From Candidatus Krumholzibacteriia bacterium (GTDB lineage Bacteria; Krumholzibacteriota; Krumholzibacteriia; JAJRXK01), in assembly GCA_041484665.1 (NCBI GenBank), contig JBGPIA010000002.1, positions 640,001-704,000 of the forward strand: a DNA stretch of 64,000 nucleotides. Reading direction: 5' to 3'. The notes beneath the pieces were generated by a model, which was not told where the DNA came from, did not search any database, and saw only the letters and a list, made by a program, of their open reading frames with translations. A program made the position numbers and the translations under genes. Shown here piece by piece: positions 8,945 through 18,112 of the stretch. Within the stretch, counting starts at the first letter, position 1. Each line of letters begins with the position of its first letter.

Positions 8945-10207
8945 TCACTGCTTGTCGCGCGCCGCGTTGATGCGCTGCTTCAGCGCGCCCGGATCCGAGG
9001 GCGGAGAGTTGCCCAGCAGCGTGGGCTCACGCCGCCCGAGGTTCTGCAACATCCATTGTGACTGCTCCACGAACTCGCTCTTGGGATAGTCCTTGATGAG
9101 CGTCTCGAACGCGTTGCGCGCCGCGGGCTCGTCCACGATCTCCTCGCTGTAGAGGAACCCCATCATGAACAGCGCGTTGGGCGCCAGCGGGTCCTTCGGG
9201 TACTGCTTCACGAGCGTGTGGTAGTAGCCGAGCTTGGCGTACGGATTGTGGCTCTCGGCGGCGATGCGGTAGAGCTGATCCGCGGTGCGCGCGTCCGCAT
9301 CGTTGTACTTGCCGAAGCGTCGCACGGCATAGGTTCGGTGCAGCTCCTCCACCTGCTGCAGGTAGCGCTGCCGCGCCAACGTCGGACGCAGGGTCGCCAT
9401 CACCTTGTCGCGCACCTTGTCCAGCGGCTCGACCTCGTCCTCGGTCTTGTTGGCGATGCTGATGATGTGCCAGTCCTCGCCGATCTGGATCGGGCGCGTG
9501 TAGGTGCCGGGCTCGAGCGCGAATGCGGCGTTGGTGAATTGCTTGTTGAAGCCGATTCCCATCACGTACCCGTCGCGATTGAACCAGCCGAGCAGGCCTC
9601 CGTTGTCCTTGCTGGAATCCTCGGTGTAACGCCTGGCGACGGCGTCGAAATGCTCCCCGCGCTGCAGGGCGGTGTACGCCTCGTCGATCTTCGCGCGGTC
9701 CTTGCATTGGATGTGCGAGCCCAGCGCGCGGCCAAGCTGGCGGAATTCATCGCGGTGATTGGCGTAGTAGTCCTTGATCTCGTCGCCGCTCGGCTGGACC
9801 TTGCGCTGGAACTCCTGCGCGTAGTAGCCCTGCCCGAGGATCGTGCGCGTCGACACGTCCAGCTGGTGCCGGATGTCGGGGTCGCGGTTGACCTTCGCGT
9901 CCAGCGCCGCCTTGTACACCACGGTCTCGTCGACCAGGAAGTCGAGGAATCGGTTCTCCCAGTTCTCACCCGAGAGGCGCTCCTTCATACCCTGGGGCAG
10001 CTCCTCGTAGCGCTTGTCGAAATACCCCTGAGTGATCTCGATATCCCCCACCTTGGCGATCACCGGCGTCACGTCCCCGGCCGCCTTGGGGTACGGGCCC
10101 GCAGGCTCCTGTTGGGTCCTGGCCTTGCCGCAGCCCGACAGTCCGGCAGCGCAGGCTGCCAGGGCGGCGCAGGCGGTCACGGCAAGCAGACCACGTCGAA
10201 CTTCCAT
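8945..10207 (-). CDS. Parvulin (PpiC)-type peptidyl-prolyl isomerase lipoprotein with C-terminal TPR
   Basis: Lipobox GLSGC; FDAVARRYTED.SKDNGGLLGWF...FTNAAFALEPG...WHII; C-terminal YPKDPLAPNALFMMG TPR. Confidence 0.88.
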   Translation of the reverse strand: MEVRRGLLAVTACAALAACAAGLSGCGKARTQQEPAGPYPKAAGDVTPVIAKVGDIEITQGYFDKRYEELPQGMKERLSGENWENRFLDFLVDETVVYKAALDAKVNRDPDIRHQLDVSTRTILGQGYYAQEFQRKVQPSGDEIKDYYANHRDEFRQLGRALGSHIQCKDRAKIDEAYTALQRGEHFDAVARRYTEDSSKDNGGLLGWFNRDGYVMGIGFNKQFTNAAFALEPGTYTRPIQIGEDWHIISIANKTEDEVEPLDKVRDKVMATLRPTLARQRYLQQVEELHRTYAVRRFGKYNDADARTADQLYRIAAESHNPYAKLGYYHTLVKQYPKDPLAPNALFMMGFLYSEEIVDEPAARNAFETLIKDYPKSEFVEQSQWMLQNLGRREPTLLGNSPPSDPGALKQRINAARDKQ

Positions 10208-10261
10208 CTCCGGCTCCCTCCTATGTGCGCGAAGCGGCGCGGTGCGCCCCCGCCAGCGCGG

Positions 10262-11347
10262 TCATAGATAGCGGTCGTCCCCGGATCGCTCCAGCTCCTC
10301 GATCAGGCGCCGTACATCCTGCGCCCGGTCGGCGGAGCAGACCAGGGTCACATCGGGCGTGTGCACCACGATCAGGTCCTTGATCCCTACCAGCGCCGTG
10401 AGGCGGTCGGGCCCGTAGACGATGCACCCCCCGCTATCGAGGGCCAACACCCGCCCCCGCGCCGCGTTTCCGGCGCTGTCGCGCGGCCACAGGTCCCGCA
10501 TTGCGATCCAGTGCCCCACGTCGTTCCACTCGAACGCCGCCGGCAGCACGGCCACGTTGGCGGCCCGCTCCATCAGGGCGTAGTCGATGGAGATCGAAGG
10601 AAGGTCCCCGTAGGCGGTTTTCAACGCCGCCTCGAACCGGGCGGTTCCCGGCGCCCCGGCGCGCGCCACGCCCACCAACGGCTCCACGGCCTGCGGCAGG
10701 TGCTGGCGCAGCCCGGCCAGGACCACCCCCGCCCTCCAGACGAACATGCCGCTGTTCCAGAGGTGGCGGCCCCCGCTCAGGTAGCGCTGCGCGGTGGCGC
10801 GGTCGGGTTTCTCGGCGAATGCCACGACCGTGCGCGCCGGCGCCGCGTTGGCGAGCTCCGGTCCCGCCTCGATGTAGCCGTAGCCCGTCTCGGGACGGGT
10901 CGGCGCGATGCCGAAGGTCAAGAGCAGGTCGGTGTGCCCCGCGATCTCCAGCGCGCGCTCCAGCGCGGAGCAGAAGGTCAGCGCCGGCGCGATCAAGTGG
11001 TCGCTAGGGAGCACCGCGAACGGCACGTCGCCGTCCTGCTCCTGCAGCACTGCAGCGGCTAGACCCACGGCAGCCGCCGTATTGCGCCCGATCGGCTCGC
11101 CGATGATGTGGTCGCGCGGAAATGCCGGCAATGCGTCCACCACGCCCTCGGTCAGGTCCGCGCCCGTGATGATCCACTGTCGTTCGCGGGGGACCGCCGG
11201 TTCGATGCGGGCGACGGTGGCCGCCAGCAACGGTCCGTCTGCGGTGAGGTCCAGCAGCTGCTTGGGACGCCGCCGCCGCGACAACGGCCAGAAGCGGGTG
11301 CCGCGCCCTCCCGCCAGAATGACCGCGTGTGCTGGGCGCGGCGTCAC
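10262..11347 (-). CDS. manC: Mannose-1-phosphate guanylyltransferase
   Basis: ILAGGRGTRFWPLSR..RPKQLL, EPIGRNTA, PSDH, PETGYGYI, WNSGMF, SIDYALME, WNDVGHW. Confidence 0.95.
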   Translation of the reverse strand: MTPRPAHAVILAGGRGTRFWPLSRRRRPKQLLDLTADGPLLAATVARIEPAVPRERQWIITGADLTEGVVDALPAFPRDHIIGEPIGRNTAAAVGLAAAVLQEQDGDVPFAVLPSDHLIAPALTFCSALERALEIAGHTDLLLTFGIAPTRPETGYGYIEAGPELANAAPARTVVAFAEKPDRATAQRYLSGGRHLWNSGMFVWRAGVVLAGLRQHLPQAVEPLVGVARAGAPGTARFEAALKTAYGDLPSISIDYALMERAANVAVLPAAFEWNDVGHWIAMRDLWPRDSAGNAARGRVLALDSGGCIVYGPDRLTALVGIKDLIVVHTPDVTLVCSADRAQDVRRLIEELERSGDDRYL

Positions 11348-11352
11348 CGGAC

Positions 11353-12723
11353 TCAGCCTTTTGCCCCGGTCCGGCGCAGGGCGGAATCGATCGCGCGCTG
11401 CAGCTCCGCGTGGTAGCGGTCGCGCAGGTCCTCGTCCTGCGCCTCCACGCGCACGACGAGCGCCGGCTGCGTGTTGCTCGCGCGCACCAGCCCCCAGCCG
11501 CGCTCGAAGGCGACCCGCACTCCGTCGATGTCCAGCACCGGGTATCGGGCGCGGAAGTGCTCCTTCACGTCGGCGACGACCTGGAACTTCACCTCGTCAG
11601 GGCAGTCCACCCGGATCTCCGGGGTCGCCGCCATGAGGGGCACGTCGCGCAACTGCTCGCTGAGCGGGCGGGCGTCGTCAGCCACGATCTCCAGCAGGCG
11701 CAGCGTGGCGTAGATGGCGTCGTCGAACCCGAGGTAGCGATCGGCAAAGAACATGTGGCCGCTCATCTCCCCGGCGATCGCCGCGCCGGTCTCCCGCATC
11801 TTCTGCTTGATGAGGGAGTGCCCCGTTTTCCACATGATCGGCTCGCCACCGTGGGCCGCCACGTCGTCGCGCAGCGTCTCGCTGCACTTCACGTCGAAGA
11901 TGACGCGGGCCCCGGGGCGCTGGCGTAGCACGGCGCGGGCGTACAGGATGAGCAGGCGATCACCCCACAGCACCTGCCCCTGGTCGTCGATGACGCCGAT
12001 ACGGTCGGCGTCGCCGTCATAGGCCACGCCCAGCTCGAGGTGCCGCTCGAGCACGGTGCGGCGCAGGTCCGCGAGGTTCGCTTCGACCGTCGGGTCGGGG
12101 TGGTGGTTGGGGAAGCTGCCGTCGGGCTCGTCGAAGAGCGCCACCGGGGAGAGCGCGAGGCGGCCGAACAGGCGCCCGGCTACCAGCGAAGCGGCTCCGT
12201 TGCCCGAGTCGTAGGCGAAGCGCGGAGCGCGCGCTAACCGCACCCGCCCCGTAAGGTCGTCCACGTAGGGCCCCAGCACGTCGCGCGCGACGAGCCGCCC
12301 GGCCCCGCGGGTAAAGTCCTCGCGCTCGATCAGCCGCGCCAGGTCCTGGATCTGGGCTCCGAAGAAACTCTCGTCACCCAGCAGGATCTTGAAGCCGTTG
12401 AACTCGGGCGGATTGTGGCTGCCGGTGATCTGGACCCCGGCTTCCTCAGGCCCGGTGACCACGCCGTGGTAGAACGCCGGCGTCGGCACGCGGCCGAAGT
12501 CGACCACGTCGCAGCCCGCGGCGCGCAATCCGCCGCTCAAGGCTGCGAGCAGCCCTTCGCCGCTGGGCCGCACGTCGCGCCCCACCGCCACCGTACGCTT
12601 GCCGGCACGCGAGATGACGGTGCCCAGGCCCCGCCCCAGGGCGTGCACGACCGCTGGCGTGAGGTCGCGGCCGACCACCCCGCGGATGTCGTACTCGCGG
12701 AAGATGTGCCTGGGTAGCTGCAT
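11353..12723 (-). CDS. Phosphomannomutase/phosphoglucomutase (AlgC-like)
   Basis: IFREYDIRG, TGSHNPP, DGDADR, GEMSGH, VRASNTQP. Confidence 0.96.
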   Translation of the reverse strand: MQLPRHIFREYDIRGVVGRDLTPAVVHALGRGLGTVISRAGKRTVAVGRDVRPSGEGLLAALSGGLRAAGCDVVDFGRVPTPAFYHGVVTGPEEAGVQITGSHNPPEFNGFKILLGDESFFGAQIQDLARLIEREDFTRGAGRLVARDVLGPYVDDLTGRVRLARAPRFAYDSGNGAASLVAGRLFGRLALSPVALFDEPDGSFPNHHPDPTVEANLADLRRTVLERHLELGVAYDGDADRIGVIDDQGQVLWGDRLLILYARAVLRQRPGARVIFDVKCSETLRDDVAAHGGEPIMWKTGHSLIKQKMRETGAAIAGEMSGHMFFADRYLGFDDAIYATLRLLEIVADDARPLSEQLRDVPLMAATPEIRVDCPDEVKFQVVADVKEHFRARYPVLDIDGVRVAFERGWGLVRASNTQPALVVRVEAQDEDLRDRYHAELQRAIDSALRRTGAKG

Positions 12724-12748
12724 CGCCCCACGCCCGTGACCGGCCTGC

Positions 12749-13192
12749 CTAGGACCGCTCTACCACCAGCTGGACCTCCACGCGGACGTCGCGGTGCAGG
12801 TGGATGGGCACCGCGTAGGCGCCCAGCTGCTTGATGTGGTCGGGCAGATCGACCTGGCGCGGGTCGATGGTGAACCCCTTCTCGGCCAGGGCAAGGGCGA
12901 TGGTCTGCGCCGTCACGCTGCCGTAGAGCCGGTCCTCCTCCCCGGCGGCGGCGGCCAGCCGCAGGGCGACTCCCTGCAGCCGCTCGGCCACCGACTGGGC
13001 CGCATCCCGCTCGTGGGCGTCCTGCTTCTCCAGGCTCTTGAGGCGCGTCTTGAGCGTGCGCTCGCTGGCCGCGTCGGCCAGCACGGCCAGGCTGCGCGGG
13101 AACAGATAATTGCGCGCGAACCCCTTGGCGACGGACACGGTCTGGCCCCGCTTGCCCACCTTGTCCACGTCGTGGATCATGATGACCTTCAT
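12749..13192 (-). CDS. rplI: 50S ribosomal protein bL9
   Basis: VGKRGQTVSVAKGFARNYLFP, LYGSVT, IKQLG. Confidence 0.98.
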   Translation of the reverse strand: MKVIMIHDVDKVGKRGQTVSVAKGFARNYLFPRSLAVLADAASERTLKTRLKSLEKQDAHERDAAQSVAERLQGVALRLAAAAGEEDRLYGSVTAQTIALALAEKGFTIDPRQVDLPDHIKQLGAYAVPIHLHRDVRVEVQLVVERS

Positions 13193-13204
13193 GACTTCGT
13201 CCCC

Positions 13205-13468
13205 CTAGCGGTAATACTCGCGAACGAACGGAACCAGCGCGATGTGGCGCGCGCGCTTGACCGCCGCCGCCAGGAGCCGCTGGTGCTTGGCGCAAGTCCC
13301 CGTGTTGCGCCGCGGGGAGATCTTGCCGCGCTCGGTCATGAACTTGCGCAGCAGCTGGTCGTCCTTGTAGTCGACGAGCAGGTAGCCTTGCTCGCAGAAC
13401 CAGCACGGCTTGCGCCGCGCCATCTTCCGTGGATCGCGCGGCTTGGACTTCTTCTTCTTCTCTGCCAC
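13205..13468 (-). CDS. rpsR: 30S ribosomal protein bS18 (Cys-containing zinc-binding type)
   Basis: [35 protein letters not shown]. Confidence 0.98.
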   Translation of the reverse strand: MAEKKKKSKPRDPRKMARRKPCWFCEQGYLLVDYKDDQLLRKFMTERGKISPRRNTGTCAKHQRLLAAAVKRARHIALVPFVREYYR

Positions 13469-13848
13469 TACTGACCCTCCTCCTCTTCGTCCTCGTCGAC
13501 GGTCTCGCGCGAGGCCAGCCGGGCGGCCCGCCGCGCCAGCGACGGCCGGTTACGCTCCTCCCACTCCTCGTCCTGGACGAAGAGGTGCCGCAGCACGCGC
13601 TCGTCCAGTCGGAAGGCGCGGTCGGCCTCGTCCACCAGCGTGTTGTCCGCGGTGAAGTGATAGAGGAAGTAGCTGCCGGTGGTCTGCTTGAGGATCTGAT
13701 ACGAGAGCCGCCGCTGACCCCACGCGTCCTTGCGGCGCACCTCGCCCCCGTGACTGGTCACGCTGGACTCGAAGCGCGTCAGGATGGCCTCGGTGTCGGC
13801 CTCCGAAGTCGCCGGATGCAACACCACCACGCATTCGTACTTGCGCAC
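13468..13848 (-). CDS. rpsF: 30S ribosomal protein bS6
   Basis: [12 protein letters not shown]...[10 protein letters not shown]...VLRHL. Confidence 0.97.
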   Translation of the reverse strand: MRKYECVVVLHPATSEADTEAILTRFESSVTSHGGEVRRKDAWGQRRLSYQILKQTTGSYFLYHFTADNTLVDEADRAFRLDERVLRHLFVQDEEWEERNRPSLARRAARLASRETVDEDEEEEGQ

Positions 13849-13855
13849 GAATCGC

Positions 13856-13898
13856 TCCCTTCGGTCTGGACGGCCCGCCGCGGGGCGGCGGGCAGGGA
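13856..13898 (-). promoter_or_regulatory. Putative S6:S18-binding leader RNA
   Basis: Minus strand UCCCU-GCCCGCCG(loop)CGGCGGGC-CGUCCAGA-CCG-A-AGGGA: an anti-SD stem, an inner hairpin and an unpaired CCG beside the SD, matching the described S6:S18 motif architecture. Confidence 0.65.
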
Positions 13899-13975
13899 TG
13901 CCCGGGCGGAGAGGGTCCGCCGGGGCGATTCAATTGTCGGGGCGGCAGCGCAGGCGCCGCACGCAAAGGCTCCAG

Positions 13976-14004
13976 AGGATAGTCCGCGCGGCGGTGCGAT
14001 GCAA
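13976..14004 (-). promoter_or_regulatory. Sigma70-type promoter for rpsF-rpsR-rplI
   Basis: TTGCAT-17 bp-TATCCT. Confidence 0.6.
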
Positions 14005-14045
14005 GGGTCCGGCGCGGGGCGGGCCGGCGGGATGCGCGGTTGGGC

Positions 14046-14636
14046 TCAGCCGTTGAAGCGGCGCATGGTCGCCTCCGGGCCCTCCTGGATCCAGCTCTCC
14101 AGGGCGTCGGCGGCGCGGTCCAGCATCTGCTCCACCGCTTCGCGCTCGTGCGGCTCGAACTCCTCCAGCACGAACTCGGCCAGGTCGGCCCCATCGGGGC
14201 CCGGCCCCACCCCCATGCGCAGCCGCGCGAAGTCGTCACTGCCCAGATGCTCGAGGACCGAGGCGAGGCCGTTGTGCCCGCCGGAGGTGCCGCGCGGCCG
14301 CACACGCAGTCGCGACAGCGGGAGGTAGACGTCGTCCAGCGCGACCAGGATGCGCGGAGCGGCTGGGCGCTCGATGCCCAGGTACTGGCGCACGGCGCGG
14401 CCGCTGAGGTTCATCTGAGTGGTGGGCTTGATCAGATGGACGCGGTGGGGGCCGAGGCCCGCGCGAGCGAAGAAGTAGTCCGCCCGCCCCGCCTGCAGGC
14501 GCGCGCGGCAGCGCCCGACCATGCGGTCGACCAGTCGCCACCCGAGGTTGTGGCGGGTGGCCGCATACCGGCTACCCGGATTGCCCAGGCCGAACACCAG
14601 CCAGTCCTGTCCCGGCTCGCCCTGCCCCCCGTCCAT
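14046..14636 (-). CDS. pth: Peptidyl-tRNA hydrolase
   Basis: GLGNPG.RY..TRHNLG, KPTTQMNLSG, GGHNGL, RLRMGVG; ATG overlaps the rplY stop (TGATG). Confidence 0.96.
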   Translation of the reverse strand: MDGGQGEPGQDWLVFGLGNPGSRYAATRHNLGWRLVDRMVGRCRARLQAGRADYFFARAGLGPHRVHLIKPTTQMNLSGRAVRQYLGIERPAAPRILVALDDVYLPLSRLRVRPRGTSGGHNGLASVLEHLGSDDFARLRMGVGPGPDGADLAEFVLEEFEPHEREAVEQMLDRAADALESWIQEGPEATMRRFNG

Positions 14637-15439
14637 CAACCCTTCTTGTCCCTCTCCTTGCCCCTCTCGGGCCGCTCCGGCTTTTCGGCCTTCGCCCCCT
14701 TCTCGCCCTTCGCACCCTTCTCGCCTTTCGCACCCTTCTCGCCCTTCGCCCCCTTCTCGACCTTGTCGCCCTTCTCGCCCTTCTCGTCCGTGGCGGCGGC
14801 CTCGGCACCGCCCTCGCCCGGCGCGGCCTCCGCGCCGACCTCGGCGGTCTCGGCAGCGGCGGGCGTCGGCTCGGCGGCGAGCATGGTCGCGCTCACGACG
14901 GCGCACAGCGTCAACTCGGCATCGTCCACGATCTCGAAGCCCGCGGCCTGCACGTCGGAAACGTGGAGCGACTGCCCGCTGTGCAGCGCGCTCACGTCGA
15001 GCTCGATGCTGTCGGGGATCGCGGTCGGCAAGACCCGGATCGCCAGGTCGTGGCGCAGCCACTGGAGCAGGCCGGCCTCGTTCTTCACTCCGTAGGGCAG
15101 CCCCACGCCGCGCAATGGCACGTGGACGACGATCGCCTCGTCCATGCGGATGGAGAGCAGGTCGGCGTGCAGGAACTCGCGGCCCACCGGGTGCCGCTGG
15201 ATCTCGCGGATCATCGCGACTTCGGACTCCCCGCCCTGGAACTGCAGATTGAGGATGACGCGCACTCCGGCCCGCGTCGCCAGGGCCTTGCGGAACTCCT
15301 TCTCATCGACGGAGATCGGCCGCGACGGCTTGCTCCCGCCATACAGAACGGCCGGCACACGGTTGGCGGCGCGCAGCTGGCGGGCGACGCCCTTGCCGGC
15401 CCGATCACGGGGAGTGACGTTCAGGTTCACGGTTGCCAT
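14636..15439 (-). CDS. rplY: 50S ribosomal protein bL25/Ctc with a repetitive C-terminal tail
   Basis: GKGVARQLR..RVPAVLYG, IQRHPV..FLHADL, GVKNEAGLL, IPDSIELDVSAL; start ATG 15439. Confidence 0.95.
   Translation of the reverse strand: MATVNLNVTPRDRAGKGVARQLRAANRVPAVLYGGSKPSRPISVDEKEFRKALATRAGVRVILNLQFQGGESEVAMIREIQRHPVGREFLHADLLSIRMDEAIVVHVPLRGVGLPYGVKNEAGLLQWLRHDLAIRVLPTAIPDSIELDVSALHSGQSLHVSDVQAAGFEIVDDAELTLCAVVSATMLAAEPTPAAAETAEVGAEAAPGEGGAEAAATDEKGEKGDKVEKGAKGEKGAKGEKGAKGEKGAKAEKPERPERGKERDKKG
14689..14786 (-). repeat. In-frame 9/18-bp tandem repeat encoding (GEK-GAK)n in the rplY 3' end
   Basis: Repeated cccttctcgcccttcgc units on the plus strand. Confidence 0.9.
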
Positions 15440-15774
15440 TACGTCTGCTCTCTGCTCTGGGGCGCTGGAGCGCCCGGTTCCTCGTCCCGACCGCCGGGTC
15501 GGGTTCCCGCGCGGGGAGTGGCATGCACCCGGGGCGTCGGCGCCCCGGCCTCGCCCGTCCCAGCGCCTTGGGGCTTCGGCGGGTGGTTCCGACAAGCCGC
15601 TTAGTATAGGCGACGGTGCAGGCGATGGGTAGGGGCGAGTTGAGCCGGCCGGCCGCGGGCGCGCCAGCGGTTCGCCGATCGTCTGCGGGCCAGCCGGCGG
15701 CGGCCGGGCGCGTGGTCCACTGCGGCGCTTCGCCCGCTCCCGGTCGGCACTCGGCCGCGCACGCGCACGCCGGC

Positions 15775-16713
15775 TCAGACGAACAGGGACGAGATCGTCT
15801 GCTCCAGGTGGATGCGCTTGACCGCCTCGGCCAACAACGGCGCAATGTCCAAAACGTGGAACTTGGAGGAGCCTCCCACGTCCTTGAGCGGGACCGTATT
15901 GGTGACCACCACCTCGCGCACCGGCGCCTCGATCAGGCGCGCGATGGCCGGACCCGAGAAGACGGCGTGGGTAGCGCAGATGTCGATGCCGACGGCCTGC
16001 TGGCGCACCAGCTCCTTGGCGGCGTCGCTCATGGTGCCGGCGGTGTCGATCAGGTCGTCGAAGACGATCACGTTGCGCCCACGGACGTCGCCGATGAAGT
16101 TGACGACCTCCGCCTCGTTGGGCCGCGGCCGCCGCTTGTCGATGATGGCCAGCGTCGCCCCCAGACGCTTGGCGAAGGCGCGCGCCATCTTGATGCTGCC
16201 CACGTCGGGCGCCACGATGGCCAGATTCTCGATGCGGCGCTCACGTTGGTAGTAGTCCAGGAGCACCGGCGCGGCGTACAGATGGTCCAGCGGGATGTCG
16301 AAGAAGCCCTGGATCTGCGGCGCGTGCAGGTCCATCGTGAGCACGCGGTCGGCACCCGCCTCGGTGATCAGGTTGGCCATGAGCTTGGCCGAGATGGGGA
16401 CCCGTGGCTGGTCCTTGCGGTCCTGGCGCGCGTAGCCGAAGTAGGGGATGACCGCCGTGATGCGTTGCGCGCTGCTGCGTCGGACGGCGTCCAGCAGCAG
16501 CAACAGCTCTACGAGATTCTCGGCCGGTGGACTGGTCGGCTGGACGATGAAGACGTCCGTGCCGCGGACGTTCTCCTGGATCTTGATCTGGATCTCGCCG
16601 TCGCTGAAGCTGGAGATCGAGACGTCGGTCGGCGAAACGTCCAAGTAGTGGCAGATGCGCTGGGCCAGAGCGGGGTGGCCCCGGCCGCTGAGAATCCTCA
16701 GTCTCCTACCCAT
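15775..16713 (-). CDS. prs: Ribose-phosphate pyrophosphokinase
   Basis: FSDGEI, PYFGYARQDRK, DLHAPQIQGFFD, DDLIDTAGT. Confidence 0.98.
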   Translation of the reverse strand: MGRRLRILSGRGHPALAQRICHYLDVSPTDVSISSFSDGEIQIKIQENVRGTDVFIVQPTSPPAENLVELLLLLDAVRRSSAQRITAVIPYFGYARQDRKDQPRVPISAKLMANLITEAGADRVLTMDLHAPQIQGFFDIPLDHLYAAPVLLDYYQRERRIENLAIVAPDVGSIKMARAFAKRLGATLAIIDKRRPRPNEAEVVNFIGDVRGRNVIVFDDLIDTAGTMSDAAKELVRQQAVGIDICATHAVFSGPAIARLIEAPVREVVVTNTVPLKDVGGSSKFHVLDIAPLLAEAVKRIHLEQTISSLFV

Positions 16714-16853
16714 TGACGCGACCCGTGACGGTCCCCTCCCACGCAACGACGCGCCGCGTCCCAGCCCGGCGGTGTCGGGATTGCAGCCACTCCGCCGCGC
16801 GGCTGCGCGGTCCCGCGCCGCCCGCCACGCCAACGCTGCGCGGGGTCGCGGGG

Positions 16854-17177
16854 TCAGTAGGCGTCCTCGGCCTCCAGATCGTCCTCCGGCCCGGCCGGAA
16901 AGGTGTGCAAACCGGCCTGGGCCTTCTGCACCTCTTCCTTGTACGCGGCGATCACCTGGCTCTCCAACCACTCGCGAGTCTCGCGGTTGATCGGATGGGC
17001 CACGTCCTGGTAGGTTCCGTCCTTGCGCTGTCGGCTCGGCATCGCGATAAACGTACCCTGCGAGCCCTGGATGATCTTGAGACCCCGGATGACGAGCATG
17101 TTGTCGAGGGTGATGGAGGCGAATGCTTTGAGCTTGTCATCGTCACGGAGCGTGATCCTGATCTCAGTGATTTCCAA
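16854..17177 (-). CDS. spoVG: SpoVG family nucleic-acid-binding protein
   Basis: MEITEIRI...LKAFASITLD...GTFIAMPSR...YQDVAHPIN; TTG start after GGTGAGG. Confidence 0.95.
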   Translation of the reverse strand: MEITEIRITLRDDDKLKAFASITLDNMLVIRGLKIIQGSQGTFIAMPSRQRKDGTYQDVAHPINRETREWLESQVIAAYKEEVQKAQAGLHTFPAGPEDDLEAEDAY

Positions 17178-17206
17178 GCCTCACCTGCCCTTTTGTGGGA
17201 TCCGGT

Positions 17207-18112
17207 TCACTGATCCCCCGGATCGGGACTCCTTTCCCGTTCACAATCGATCTCCACACCAAAGTTAGTGGAGCGACCGATCCAGGTGAACGCCTCTCCG
17301 ACGTCGACAGATTCCTTCGCTTTCTCCGTTTCTTCAAGAGCTAAGTAGACAGCGAAAAGACTGGGGCCGCTCCCGCTCAACATGGCCAGGCGTGCGCCGC
17401 TGTCCTGCAACTGGAGCAGGAGGCGGTGGAGAGCCGGGAATGCCGGGAGCACGACATCCCCCAACCGATTGAACCCGGGCCAGGGGCGCTCAGGGAAGCG
17501 AGCCAGCAAGGACTTGTAGTTAGCGAGGTTAACCTTGGGTGGAGCATGCGTCAATCCCATTCTCAGGTGCTCATAGACCCACGCAGTGGAAAGCTCGATC
17601 CGCGGCGTGATGATCAGATACCAGCCGCCGCCCGAGGCGGAAAGTGGAGTGAGTACTTCGCCCACTCCACGCGCGAGCTGCGTGCCACCACGCAGGAAGA
17701 ACGGCACGTCGGCACCCAGACGTGCGGCCAACGCGTGCAGCTCCTCGGGCTCGACTTGCACATCCCACAAGCGCGGCAGCGCGAGCAGGCAGGCGGCCGC
17801 GTCGGCGGATCCCCCGCCCAGGCCGGCCGCGACCGGAATGCGCTTGTGGATGTCGATCTGCACACCCTTGCGTACGCCGGTGTGCGCCCGCAGCGCGCGT
17901 GCGGCGCGCCAACACAGATTGGTGCGGTCCAGCGGTACGCCCGGGTGGTCGCAGCGCACCTTGATGCCGCTGCGCAGCCGGCGCAGGTGGAGCGTATCGT
18001 GCAGCCCGACGGACTGCAGAATCGTCTCCACCTCGTGGTAGCCATCCTCGCGGCGGTGGAGCACCTCCAGGTGCAGGTTCACCTTCGCGTGCGCCTTCGC
18101 CCGCAGGATCAT
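17207..18112 (-). CDS. ispE: 4-diphosphocytidyl-2-C-methyl-D-erythritol kinase
   Basis: AKVNLHLEV..RREDGYHE, KRIPVAAGLGGGSADAA, LGADVPFF, LSGSGPS; ATG overlaps the DUF362 stop. Confidence 0.97.
   Translation of the reverse strand: MILRAKAHAKVNLHLEVLHRREDGYHEVETILQSVGLHDTLHLRRLRSGIKVRCDHPGVPLDRTNLCWRAARALRAHTGVRKGVQIDIHKRIPVAAGLGGGSADAAACLLALPRLWDVQVEPEELHALAARLGADVPFFLRGGTQLARGVGEVLTPLSASGGGWYLIITPRIELSTAWVYEHLRMGLTHAPPKVNLANYKSLLARFPERPWPGFNRLGDVVLPAFPALHRLLLQLQDSGARLAMLSGSGPSLFAVYLALEETEKAKESVDVGEAFTWIGRSTNFGVEIDCERERSPDPGDQ
17526..17554 (-). promoter_or_regulatory. Promoter inside ispE, likely for spoVG-prs
   Basis: TTGACG-17 bp-TAACCT in a locally AT-richer part of ispE. Confidence 0.55.

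Noticed and set aside
14689..14786. CRISPR array
   Set aside because: These are short in-frame coding repeats without spacers, and no cas genes are present in the window.
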